Notes under the pieces: generated by a model
Told to the model about the DNA's origin: nothing
Databases searched by the model: none
The model's input: only the letters and a program-made list of their open reading frames with translations
In this document: piece by piece, positions 36,863 to 45,028 of the stretch
Numbering within the stretch: the stretch's first letter is position 1
Layout: each line of letters begins with the position of its first letter
Position numbers and translations under genes: made by a program
NCBI GenBank assembly: GCA_045650025.1
Contig: JAZRQR010000020.1
Coordinates: 11,077-75,076 of the forward strand
Origin: Eubacteriales bacterium
Lineage (GTDB): Bacteria > Bacillota > Clostridia > Oscillospirales > CAG-272
Length of the DNA stretch: 64,000 bases
Direction: 5' to 3'

Positions 36863-38011
36863 GGACTCCATATAAGCGCGAATGTTCGCCTCGGAAGCCG
36901 CACAGCTTCCTTGGATCATTTGTGCGCTACCACCGCCCTTGCCGTCAAGGGCGGTATTTATTTGCTTGGAAAGCGCACGCAAATCGGTATTGGCGGCGCT
37001 CATGATATAGCGGTAGCCACCCTCATCGTTACCGGAGAATGCCGCACAGATGCCCGTGCACTTGGGGACACCTGCATTGACCAGCAAGCGCAGGGAAAGC
37101 ATATCGGGATCGTCCGTAAAGATGCAAAGATTGCCCGCGGTCTGCTCCAGCGCGGCGATCTTGTAGTCCAAAAGCTGGCGGCGCAGGGAAGCGATGGTAG
37201 CACCGCGCTTTTCAATCTCCGTCTCGCGACGCTGCAGCCCTGCCACAACGTCACTCTGCGGAACCGAGAGCATAGCGGAAAGCGTGGCAACGTCACTCCA
37301 GGTCTTGCGATAATGGGCAAGCGCGGCGCTGCCTGCCAGGAAATGAATGCGCATACCGCCCTTGTAGCGGATGGCGTCCAGCAGCTTGATCATGCCGATC
37401 TCGCCCGTGCGTGCCACGTGCGGTGCACAGCAAGCGCAAACGTCATACGCGCCAATGGTGACCAGGCGCACGTTGTCCTGCAGCTCCAGCTTGGAGCGGT
37501 ACGCGGTTGCCGCCAGCACCTCGGGTGCGGGGTATTCTGCCGTGATGGCAACGTTTTGATAAATGATGCGGTTTGCCTCGTCCTCAATTTCATCCAGCTG
37601 TGCGCGCGTCAGCTCACCGTCAAAGTCCATCGTGATCTCGCCACCCAGATGGAAGCCCACGTTGCTGTATCCGTATTTTCTGTGCATGAGTCCGGACACA
37701 ATGTGCTCGCCCGAGTGGATCTGCATCTTGGCGTAGCGCGCCGTAAAATCGAGCTGTCCGTGCACAGTCGTGCCGGGGGTCAGGGGAGCGTCGGTGTAAT
37801 GCGTGATCACGCCGTCCTGTTCCCGGACGTCCAGCACGTTTGCCTGACCGAGCATGCCGGTGTCGGCACTCTGGCCACCCTCTTCCGGGAAAAATGCGGT
37901 TGCATCCAGGATTACAGCAAAGCGCTCGTCACACGCAAGACATGCAAGAACGGTGGCGTCAAACGCCTGCATATAGCTGTCCTGATCAAATAAACGAATT
38001 GTATGTTGCAT
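36857..38011 (-). CDS. alaX: Alanyl-tRNA editing protein (AlaX-L type, with DHHA1-like C-terminus)
   Basis: HSGEH and CCAPH zinc motifs of AlaRS editing domain; C-terminal GKGGGS; stop overlaps EEP stop (TTATAA). Confidence 0.75.
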   Translation of the reverse strand: MQHTIRLFDQDSYMQAFDATVLACLACDERFAVILDATAFFPEEGGQSADTGMLGQANVLDVREQDGVITHYTDAPLTPGTTVHGQLDFTARYAKMQIHSGEHIVSGLMHRKYGYSNVGFHLGGEITMDFDGELTRAQLDEIEDEANRIIYQNVAITAEYPAPEVLAATAYRSKLELQDNVRLVTIGAYDVCACCAPHVARTGEIGMIKLLDAIRYKGGMRIHFLAGSAALAHYRKTWSDVATLSAMLSVPQSDVVAGLQRRETEIEKRGATIASLRRQLLDYKIAALEQTAGNLCIFTDDPDMLSLRLLVNAGVPKCTGICAAFSGNDEGGYRYIMSAANTDLRALSKQINTALDGKGGGSAQMIQGSCAASEANIRAYMESL

Positions 38012-38056
38012 AATTACCTCGTAAACAAAGAGCCGCAAATGCGGCTCTTTTGGTTT

Positions 38057-39250
38057 TTATTGCAGCTTGAGATCCAGCCACAGGTCGGAAATGTACGCAA
38101 GCAGATCCTTATCCAGATTTGCATATGCATATTTTTCGTACGAGGCTGCGAAATCAAAGTCCTCGGGATACAGCATTGCGTAATAGTCGCATTCTGCATC
38201 ACCCATGCCGAGCGATTCCTGATATTCAGGATTTTCATACACGGCGCTGTTGGGGGTTGCATAGTAAATGTACTCTGCGTTTGCTCTTGCAATGTCGCAC
38301 TCCTCGCCGTCAATGACTACGTCGGTTGCGAGCATGAAGTTAATATACGCCTCAGCAATCTCCTTGTTCTTGGCGCAGGTCGGAATGCACATAGCATCCA
38401 TAAACAGATTGGTGCAAATGTTGCCTTGCTCGTCTCTGGGGTAGAAGAAATCCAGAGAGACGTTGGAGGAGGCATTTTCCATCATGGTAATGCAGTCGCC
38501 TGCGTAATACGCCGCAATGGCAGCATCGCCCGACTCCATCATGTTAAATACCTGGTCCATGACGTAACGCTTGAGCACCGACTTTTGTGCGGCAAGCTCC
38601 GTGTAAGCCTTGTCCCAATCCGCAGTATCCTTGGAGTTTACGCTCAGCCCCAGCTTGTACATTGCCGTACCGAATGCGTCGCGCGAGTTATCAAATTGCA
38701 GAATCTGCTTGGCGTACTTTCCGTCAGGTCCGCCCCACATCAGGTCCCAGGAGCCGGTGTCTGCTTCGTCTACGATGTTCGAGTCATATACGATGCCTAC
38801 CATGCCGTAGGTGTAGGGAACCGTATATTTGTTTTCCGGATCGTAGAAGAGATTGCGGAACTGTTCGGGGATGTTCTTTTCAAAGTTGGGAATGTTGTCA
38901 TAATTCAGCTCCAGCAGCATATCATGCTCGATGAAATAATCGATCATGTAGTCGGAGGGAATGATGACGTCGTAGCTGGCAGAGCCTGCCTCCAGCTTGG
39001 CACGAAGGCTCTCGTTGGAATCGTAGGTGTCGTAGTTGACCTTAACGCGCACCCCGTATTCCTGGTAGTACCAAGCCTCAAACGCTTTGTTTACGTCCAG
39101 CGACTCGTAAGAGCCGTCCGAAATGTATTCGCCCCAGTTATATACGTTGAGTACAACGTCGTAGCCGGAGTCACATGCGCTCAGGGTGCTCATGCAGGGA
39201 AGAAGCAGAAGTGCTGCTAAAAGAAGCGAGAAAATCGATCTGCGTGTCAT
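38057..39250 (-). CDS. potD: Spermidine/putrescine ABC transporter substrate-binding lipoprotein
   Basis: Lipobox LSAC; PotD-like length; last gene of potABCD order. Confidence 0.8.
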   Translation of the reverse strand: MTRRSIFSLLLAALLLLPCMSTLSACDSGYDVVLNVYNWGEYISDGSYESLDVNKAFEAWYYQEYGVRVKVNYDTYDSNESLRAKLEAGSASYDVIIPSDYMIDYFIEHDMLLELNYDNIPNFEKNIPEQFRNLFYDPENKYTVPYTYGMVGIVYDSNIVDEADTGSWDLMWGGPDGKYAKQILQFDNSRDAFGTAMYKLGLSVNSKDTADWDKAYTELAAQKSVLKRYVMDQVFNMMESGDAAIAAYYAGDCITMMENASSNVSLDFFYPRDEQGNICTNLFMDAMCIPTCAKNKEIAEAYINFMLATDVVIDGEECDIARANAEYIYYATPNSAVYENPEYQESLGMGDAECDYYAMLYPEDFDFAASYEKYAYANLDKDLLAYISDLWLDLKLQ

Positions 39251-40113
39251 TTCGATCCCTCCTTTTTGCGTGCTCTGCGTGCGCGGGCGAGTTCCTTTTG
39301 CTGCTGACGCTTTGCCTTAGCATCCTGGTCGGTGCTCAGCACGTTAAACAGGATCAGGAAGATCAGAACGGTCACGAAAATGACGGTTGCCAACGCGTAA
39401 ATATCGGGCTTTACGGACTTTCTGACCTCACCGTAAATCAGAATGGGCAGGGTGGTAAAGCCGGAGCCCTTAGTGAAGTAGGAAATGACAAAGTCATCCA
39501 GCGAAAGAGTAAATGCCATAATCAGGCCGGTTACGATACCGGGCATGATCTCGGGAAGCTCAACCTTGAAAAAGGATTGAATGGGATTGCAGCCCAGGTC
39601 CATTGCCGCCTCAGGCAGGGATTTATCCATCTGCTTGAGCTTGGGCATGATCTGCAGCATCACGTAGGGTAGCGTAAAGGTAACGTGCGCGATCAGCATG
39701 GTCCAGAAGCTGAAGGTTTCGGACACGTGCAGGATCAAGCCTACGAATACAAACAGCAGCGTAAACGAAAAACCGGTAATGATTTCGGGGTTGATCATGG
39801 GGATCTGGGTAATGGTCATCAGCGTGGTGCGCGCACCGGCAGAGCGCATTTTGTTAATGCCGTAAGCGGCAAGCGTACCAAGCGCGGTGGAGATGACGGA
39901 AGAGGTGATTGCCAGTAAGAGCGTGTTGCGAACTGCCTCCAGAATTGCCTCGTTGGAGATCATCTCGCTGTACCAGTACAGCGAAAAGCCTTCAAATACA
40001 GATGTGCTCTTTCCTTGGTTGAACGAGAACAGGATCATAACCACGATGGGGGCAAACAGGAAAAAGAAGACTAAGAACATGTAGAGCTTTGCCAGGAATG
40101 AATTCTTTTTCAT
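39247..40113 (-). CDS. potC: Spermidine/putrescine ABC transporter permease
   Basis: 6 TM, EAAMDLG permease loop. Confidence 0.85.
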   Translation of the reverse strand: MKKNSFLAKLYMFLVFFFLFAPIVVMILFSFNQGKSTSVFEGFSLYWYSEMISNEAILEAVRNTLLLAITSSVISTALGTLAAYGINKMRSAGARTTLMTITQIPMINPEIITGFSFTLLFVFVGLILHVSETFSFWTMLIAHVTFTLPYVMLQIMPKLKQMDKSLPEAAMDLGCNPIQSFFKVELPEIMPGIVTGLIMAFTLSLDDFVISYFTKGSGFTTLPILIYGEVRKSVKPDIYALATVIFVTVLIFLILFNVLSTDQDAKAKRQQQKELARARRARKKEGSK

Positions 40114-40982
40114 CGTGAACCCTCCTTTTCGTTATCACCGAATCTGTTCATCAGGATCAGACCTGCAAGCAGGATCAGCATCAGCACAAAGGAGAGTGCC
40201 GCTGCAAAGTGGTGATTGTTGTTGTAGTAGTAATAGTCGATGATATCACCGATCAGGAAGATACCGCCGAGCTGGTTGGAAATGTAGAACGTGGAGATCG
40301 AGGGAACGAAAACCATGGTAAAGCCGGAAAGCACGCCGGGAATACTGAGCGGCATGATCACCTTGCGCAATACCGAAAATCCGTTGCAGCCAAGATCCTG
40401 CGCCGCCTCTACCAAGCGGTAATCAAGCTTTGCCATGACCGAGTAAATGGGAAGGATCATGTAAGGCAAGAAGTCGTATACCATACCGATGATAACGGCA
40501 AATTCATTGTAGATCAGGATGTCGGGCTTGGGATCAAGCGGAATGGGAACCATGCTTTCGGGTAAAAGCGAAAGCAGATACACAACGGCGTTGTTGAGCA
40601 CCTCCAGCACCTCGGAAAGCGCATACGTACGGATGATGAAGTTTGTCCACATGGGGAGCATGATCAGCACCACCAGAATTTTCTGCGTGTTGGCAGAGGT
40701 ACGGGAAATGAAATATGCGGCGGGATAACCGATAAGCAGGCAAACTACGGTTGCAATCAATGCCAGCTTGACAGACCTGAAGAATACGTTGAGATATTTG
40801 GGCGTGAAGAACAGCTGAATATGCTCAAACGTCAATCGGATCTCGTTTTGATCTGTGGTTTCGGTGAACGCATAAAACGCAACAAACGCCAAGGGAATCA
40901 GAATAAACAACACACTCCAAAGAATGTGCGGCGTCGCAAGCAAACGCGACATCGGTCCTTTAGCGGTATGCTTCATGCTCAT
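40110..40982 (-). CDS. potB: Spermidine/putrescine ABC transporter permease
   Basis: 6 TM, EAAQDLG permease loop. Confidence 0.85.
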   Translation of the reverse strand: MSMKHTAKGPMSRLLATPHILWSVLFILIPLAFVAFYAFTETTDQNEIRLTFEHIQLFFTPKYLNVFFRSVKLALIATVVCLLIGYPAAYFISRTSANTQKILVVLIMLPMWTNFIIRTYALSEVLEVLNNAVVYLLSLLPESMVPIPLDPKPDILIYNEFAVIIGMVYDFLPYMILPIYSVMAKLDYRLVEAAQDLGCNGFSVLRKVIMPLSIPGVLSGFTMVFVPSISTFYISNQLGGIFLIGDIIDYYYYNNNHHFAAALSFVLMLILLAGLILMNRFGDNEKEGSR

Positions 40983-42100
40983 TCCTCCTCGTCGACCACG
41001 TCGGAAAGGTGGTCCATTTCATCGGAGAAGGTGGAGTAGTCGCCGAATTTGCCGGAATATTCGGATTTCTTCATAACGTGAATAGCATCGGGCTGGATAT
41101 GCAGACCGATGGTCTGACCCTCGGCAACAAAGTCGGAAGTCTCCAGCATCCACTTAAAGCCCTGCACGTCTACGATGATCTCGTAATAGTCGCCCTTGAA
41201 GGTGACGCTGAATACCGTGCCGATCAGCATGCCGTCCTTGACGTCAACCACGTCAACGTCCTCGGGACGAATGACGATATCCACCTTTTCGTTGGGCGCA
41301 AAGCCGCTGTCCAGGCAATCGAATACGTGACCTGCGATCTTTGCCTTGTAGTCGCAAAGCATGGTCCCGTCCAGAATGTTGGATTCACCGATAAAGTCTG
41401 CAACGAATGCGTTGACAGGCTCGTTATAGATGTCGGTAGGCGAGCCGATCTGCTGAATGGCACCGTCCGCCATGACGACTACGGTATCGGACATGGAAAG
41501 TGCCTCCTCCTGGTCGTGCGTGACGTAAATAAAGGTGATGCCGGTTTCGCGCTGAATGTTCTTCAGCTCCTTCTGCATGTCCTTGCGCAGCTTGAGGTCC
41601 AGTGCACCGAGAGGCTCGTCCAGCAAAAGCAGCTTAGGGCGGTTGATCAGTGCACGCGCAATGGCAACACGCTGCTGCTGACCGCCGGAGAGGTTGCCCA
41701 CGTGTCTGCGCTCAAAGCCCTTGAGGTTGACAAGCTCCAGCATTTCCTTGACGCGGCGTTCTATTTCATCCTTTTTAACCTTTTGAATTTTCAGACCGAA
41801 CGCAATGTTCTCATATACGTTCAGGTGAGGGAACAGCGCATAGCGCTGAAATACGGTATTGACGTGGCGCTTGTAAGCAGGCACGTCGTTGATACGCTGA
41901 CCGGCGAACTCCACGTCACCGCTGTCGGGGGATACAAATCCACCAATGATACGCAGCGTAGTCGTCTTACCGCAGCCGGAGGGGCCCAGCAGGGTAACGA
42001 ACTCCTTGTCGTGAATCTCCAGGTCAATGGCACGCAAAACGGGCTCACCGTCAAACGACTTTGCAACCCCCTTGAGTCGAACCAAAACTTGATCATTCAT
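40979..42100 (-). CDS. potA: Spermidine/putrescine ABC transporter ATP-binding protein
   Basis: [25 protein letters not shown]; C-terminal TOBE-like domain. Confidence 0.9.
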   Translation of the reverse strand: MNDQVLVRLKGVAKSFDGEPVLRAIDLEIHDKEFVTLLGPSGCGKTTTLRIIGGFVSPDSGDVEFAGQRINDVPAYKRHVNTVFQRYALFPHLNVYENIAFGLKIQKVKKDEIERRVKEMLELVNLKGFERRHVGNLSGGQQQRVAIARALINRPKLLLLDEPLGALDLKLRKDMQKELKNIQRETGITFIYVTHDQEEALSMSDTVVVMADGAIQQIGSPTDIYNEPVNAFVADFIGESNILDGTMLCDYKAKIAGHVFDCLDSGFAPNEKVDIVIRPEDVDVVDVKDGMLIGTVFSVTFKGDYYEIIVDVQGFKWMLETSDFVAEGQTIGLHIQPDAIHVMKKSEYSGKFGDYSTFSDEMDHLSDVVDEEE

Positions 42101-42145
42101 TTCGCATCAATACTCCTTTTAGACAGAAATATTCAGAATACTAAT

Positions 42146-42174
42146 ATTGTAGCAGATTTTATCGCAAAATGCAA
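42146..42174 (-). promoter_or_regulatory. Promoter TTGCAT-N17-TACAAT for potABCD
   Basis: Plus-strand ATTGTA 42146-42151 and ATGCAA 42169-42174. Confidence 0.7.
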
Positions 42175-42295
42175 TAGATTTCGCAAAATTCTTTGAATAA
42201 TCGCGAAATTTCTGTCAAAGGTCAGCAAAACAGTGCGGTTTTCTTGCAATATCTCGCGTATTCTCCCGTTTCCTCTCGTTTTCTCGCTTTTTTGC

Positions 42296-42859
42296 TTATG
42301 CGAACAGCATGCCGAACAGGCAGCAGGAGAACACAAAAAGCGTCAGCGAGGAGCCTGTGCGCAGCAGCAGCCAAACCGAGAGCAGCCACATGCAAAGCAG
42401 GCACAAAAAGCTCAGAACCGTGCATATGCGCTCCGCGGTCTGTAAGGGGAGCTTGATGCTCAGCGCACCGTGCAGAATGCGCCCACCGTCAAAGCCCTCA
42501 ATGGGGATCAGATTGAGCATACCCAAGGACAAAGAGGACAGGCCAAACTCCAAGATCCAGTCAGAATACCCGAGAAAGGGAAGCGACAAGCCAAAGCAGA
42601 AAAAGTTGAAAAAAGGACCCGCAAAGCATAGGGCGATCAGCGCAGGATAGGAGCAAAGTCTGCCCTTTGTCACAAGTCTTGCGCCAAGCACGTCCAGTCG
42701 CATCTGCGCAAGATCGATTCCGAGCAGCTTGGCGGCAAGCACGTGCCCAAGCTCATGGATCAGGGCGGCGCTTAAGCAGGCGCAAAGCTGCCGGGGCGGC
42801 GTGGTGGCGATCATGCACAGCAGCATGATAAAGGTGGCGGGAGTGACCGTGATTTTCAC
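42296..42859 (-). CDS. Site-2 protease (M50)-like membrane metalloprotease
   Basis: HELGH motif in a TM helix; GTG 42859 five nt after GAGGTG (ORF-track start 42886 trimmed). Confidence 0.6.
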   Translation of the reverse strand: MKITVTPATFIMLLCMIATTPPRQLCACLSAALIHELGHVLAAKLLGIDLAQMRLDVLGARLVTKGRLCSYPALIALCFAGPFFNFFCFGLSLPFLGYSDWILEFGLSSLSLGMLNLIPIEGFDGGRILHGALSIKLPLQTAERICTVLSFLCLLCMWLLSVWLLLRTGSSLTLFVFSCCLFGMLFA

Positions 42860-42896
42860 AAAACACCTCGGTAGTAAAAAATTCACAAAATAGCGG

Positions 42897-42925
42897 TTGA
42901 CAATCGGGTGACTGTCATATATAAT
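42897..42925 (+). promoter_or_regulatory. Exact consensus promoter TTGACA-N17-TATAAT
   Basis: Hexamers 42897-42902 and 42920-42925. Confidence 0.8.
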
Positions 42926-42954
42926 AAAAACACTATATAAAAGAGGAGGAAGCT

Positions 42955-43545
42955 ATGCATTTACAGATTCATGATGCTTTGATCCCCGGAACAAAGCTGC
43001 GCAGATCCGATATGAACAACGTAACGGGTCTTGAATTTCTTTCCAAAATCTTCTTTATTTCCGACGGCGTTATGCTGACACAGATTCGTGACATCTCCGG
43101 CATTGACGGCTCGACTCTGCAAAACTGGACCAAGAGAGGCTGGGTGCCGCTTTCCAAGTCCAAGAAATACGATATTGACCAGGTTGCGTACATTTTGATT
43201 ATCAATATGCTGCGCCCCTGCATGCAGCTGGACAAGATTGCGTACATGCTGGAATACATCAACGGTGACCTGGAGGATGAGAGCGACGACATCATCCGCG
43301 CCAGCGTGCTTTACGATTATATTTGCCGCATTCTGGACGCGCTGGTGGAGGAGAATCAGTGCTCGTTTTCTTCGATCCGTGCGGTTATTGAAAAGCAGAC
43401 CACCAGCTATACCGAGGTAATGGACGGCGCAAGAGAACGCCTGACGGATGCGCTGGAGGCGATTGTGGTGGCGTACTATGCAACCCTGATCAAGCAGCGC
43501 TCGGATGAGCTTGTCAACAAGCTTGTGGGCAACCGCTATGAGTAA
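42955..43545 (+). CDS. DUF1836 domain protein (putative HTH)
   Basis: LQNWTKRGWVPLSKSKKYDIDQVAYILIINMLR matches the DUF1836 pattern; SD AGAGGAGGA. Confidence 0.55.
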   Translation: MHLQIHDALIPGTKLRRSDMNNVTGLEFLSKIFFISDGVMLTQIRDISGIDGSTLQNWTKRGWVPLSKSKKYDIDQVAYILIINMLRPCMQLDKIAYMLEYINGDLEDESDDIIRASVLYDYICRILDALVEENQCSFSSIRAVIEKQTTSYTEVMDGARERLTDALEAIVVAYYATLIKQRSDELVNKLVGNRYE

Positions 43546-44131
43546 ACGCAATTCGGAGCGCATTGTCCTTGCTGTCATTTATCTGCTGCTGATCTCGTTT
43601 GCGGCAACTGCATCGTATATGATTGCGGATCAGATCATGCGCATGCTCAACACCATCATGGTGCTGGAGGAAACGCACGTGGCAAGCGTGCTGCGCCTGT
43701 TTCTGACCGTGCTGCTCAGCTGCACGATTCTGGCTGCCGTCACGTATTGGGAGGGCTATCATTTTGCAACCTTTGAAAAGGGCATCGTCTTTCCTGCCAT
43801 CGGCATGGCGCTGGGCGTGCATTTTGCGCTGGGATTCTTGTTCGGCTTTTCTCCCTGGGTCACGGGTGGCGTCATGTATCTGACGGGCTGGATGAATTAC
43901 GGAGCGGATTACACCTCGGAGTGCTCCATGGCAACCAAGGATATCAGCGTGCTGCTTTTTGTCGCAGCGTTCGTCATCTTCTCGGGCATCTATATGCTGT
44001 TTATGACATTTCCGCAGTATTACGGAATGGTCAAGCGATTTGCGGACAGAGAAGAGCTGCTGGAGCAGGCACAGCGCAAAACAACTTATGTGCAACCGCA
44101 AGAGGAATATGCGGATTCTGACGAGAATTGA
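43538..44131 (+). CDS. Hypothetical membrane protein
   Basis: About 5 TM; ATG 43538 overlaps upstream stop (ATGAGTAA). Confidence 0.45.
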   Translation: MSKRNSERIVLAVIYLLLISFAATASYMIADQIMRMLNTIMVLEETHVASVLRLFLTVLLSCTILAAVTYWEGYHFATFEKGIVFPAIGMALGVHFALGFLFGFSPWVTGGVMYLTGWMNYGADYTSECSMATKDISVLLFVAAFVIFSGIYMLFMTFPQYYGMVKRFADREELLEQAQRKTTYVQPQEEYADSDEN

Positions 44132-44225
44132 AACAGGGGGGATTTTGAAATCCCTTATATAATAAGGGATTTCAAGTGCTCCCGGAAACGGCGAAAATTT
44201 TTTTAAAAAATTTTTCAAAAAGGTA

Positions 44226-44253
44226 TTGACAAATTCGAAAAAAGGTGTATAAT
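44226..44253 (+). promoter_or_regulatory. Strong promoter TTGACA-N16-TATAAT with UP element (tRNA operon)
   Basis: Hexamers 44226-44231 and 44248-44253, GTG extended -10, A/T tract 44185-44222. Confidence 0.8.
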
Positions 44254-44290
44254 GTTATACGTTGCCGGTAAGCAAGCCAAGGCAGCGAAT

Positions 44291-44375
44291 GCGAGAGTGG
44301 CGGAACTGGCAGACGCGCACGTTTGAGGGGCGTGTGGTTCACACCGTACGGGTTCAAGTCCCGTTTCTCGCACCA
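44291..44375 (+). tRNA. tRNA-Leu(GAG)
   Basis: Hand-folded cloverleaf: acceptor GCGAGAG/TTCTCGC, anticodon loop TTGAGGG, long variable arm, T-arm ACGGG-TTCAAGT-CCCGT, encoded CCA. Confidence 0.9.
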
Positions 44376-44408
44376 AAGGGTACGAGGTGTGAGCCTTGTA
44401 CCGAATAT

Positions 44409-44495
44409 GCGGGTATGGCGGAATTGGCAGACGCGCTAGATTCAGGTTCTAGTGGGGGCAACTTCGTGGAGGTTCAAGTCCTCTTACCCGCACCA
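44409..44495 (+). tRNA. tRNA-Leu(CAG)
   Basis: Acceptor GCGGGTA/TACCCGC, anticodon stem CTAGA/TCTAG, loop TTCAGGT, long variable arm, T-arm GGAGG-TTCAAGT-CCTCT, encoded CCA. Confidence 0.9.
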
Positions 44496-44497
44496 AA

Positions 44498-44529
44498 GCA
44501 AAGGGTGATCTTCGGATCACCCTTTTTGC
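44498..44529 (+). terminator. Rho-independent terminator T1
   Basis: GCAAAGGGTGATC-TTCG-GATCACCCTTTTTGC. Confidence 0.85.
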
Positions 44530-44531
44530 TT

Positions 44532-44675
44532 TGGTACAGGTAAGAGACCACGCAGAAGCTCCTGCGAGTACGGTGCATACTGAACACATCTATACAAGTG
44601 GTCTCCGTACTCGACGCAATAGGGAGCGCAAAGCGCGAGTCTTTGCCAGGTTCTAAGTCCTCTTACCCGCACCAA
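44532..44675 (+). other. Structured module B ending in a tRNA-Leu 3'-end copy (candidate ncRNA or att-site scar)
   Basis: 5' TGGTACAGGTAAGAGA is an inverted (14/17) copy of the tRNA 3' end; 3' end AAGTCCTCTTACCCGCACCA identical to 44476-44495. Confidence 0.4.
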
Positions 44676-44681
44676 AAAGAG

Positions 44682-44711
44682 CAGGTAGGCATTTAGCCTA
44701 CTTGTTTTTTT
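44682..44711 (+). terminator. Rho-independent terminator T2
   Basis: CAGGTAGGC-ATTTA-GCCTACTTG followed by TTTTTTT. Confidence 0.8.
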
Positions 44712-44868
44712 GTCGCGGGTATACAATGAGGACTTGAACGGGCGCGGTAGTGAATGACTGCCTAAATGGCAGTCAGAGCCGCGCCTGACCGAGGCACGTA
44801 GCAAAAGACCGCATCAATTCGCGGCTTTTGCGTCGTCGTGCCGAGAATCAAGTCTCTTACCCGCACCA
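44711..44868 (+). other. Structured module C: Y-shaped tRNA-like element with acceptor stem and ACCA (candidate ncRNA)
   Basis: GCGGGTA (44715-21) / TACCCGC (44858-64) + A + CCA; GAGGACTTGAAC (44728-39) is the exact reverse complement of tRNA T-arm 44472-83. Confidence 0.4.
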
Positions 44869-44870
44869 AA

Positions 44871-44902
44871 GCAAAGGGTGATCTTCGGATCACCCTTTTT
44901 GC
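44871..44902 (+). terminator. Rho-independent terminator T1' (duplicate of T1)
   Basis: Identical to 44498-44529. Confidence 0.85.
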
Positions 44903-45028
44903 TTTGGTACGCACCCACGTTTGCCCGATCCTTTATAAATCTTAATATCTTAAATATCGACACAATTTGTACCAAACGCAAAAAAATCTGTTATAATAGT
45001 GGCAACGATAGATTTTGAGAGGAAGCTT

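Noticed and set aside
44574-44586. The 13-mer TGCATACTGAACA in module B is the reverse complement of the invariant 5' block of the repeated leader (767-779, 6630-6642)
   Set aside because: The flanking sequence does not align. A single 13-nt match in 2 x 64 kb against a ~90-nt query is within reach of chance (rough expectation ~0.2). It is noted but not used.
44262-44804. ORFs 44262-44543 (+, 93 aa) and 44517-44804 (-, 95 aa)
   Set aside because: They run through two tRNA genes, three terminators and the structured modules. They have no SD and show RNA-gene-driven composition.
44536-44870. Possibility that the post-tRNA region is a tmRNA, an intron-containing tRNA-Leu or a third real tRNA
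   Set aside because: It is too short for tmRNA, with no resume codon or tag ORF and no G-U alanine identity pair. The 70-nt excess is far too small for a group I intron. No D arm or 7-nt anticodon loop can be drawn for either module.
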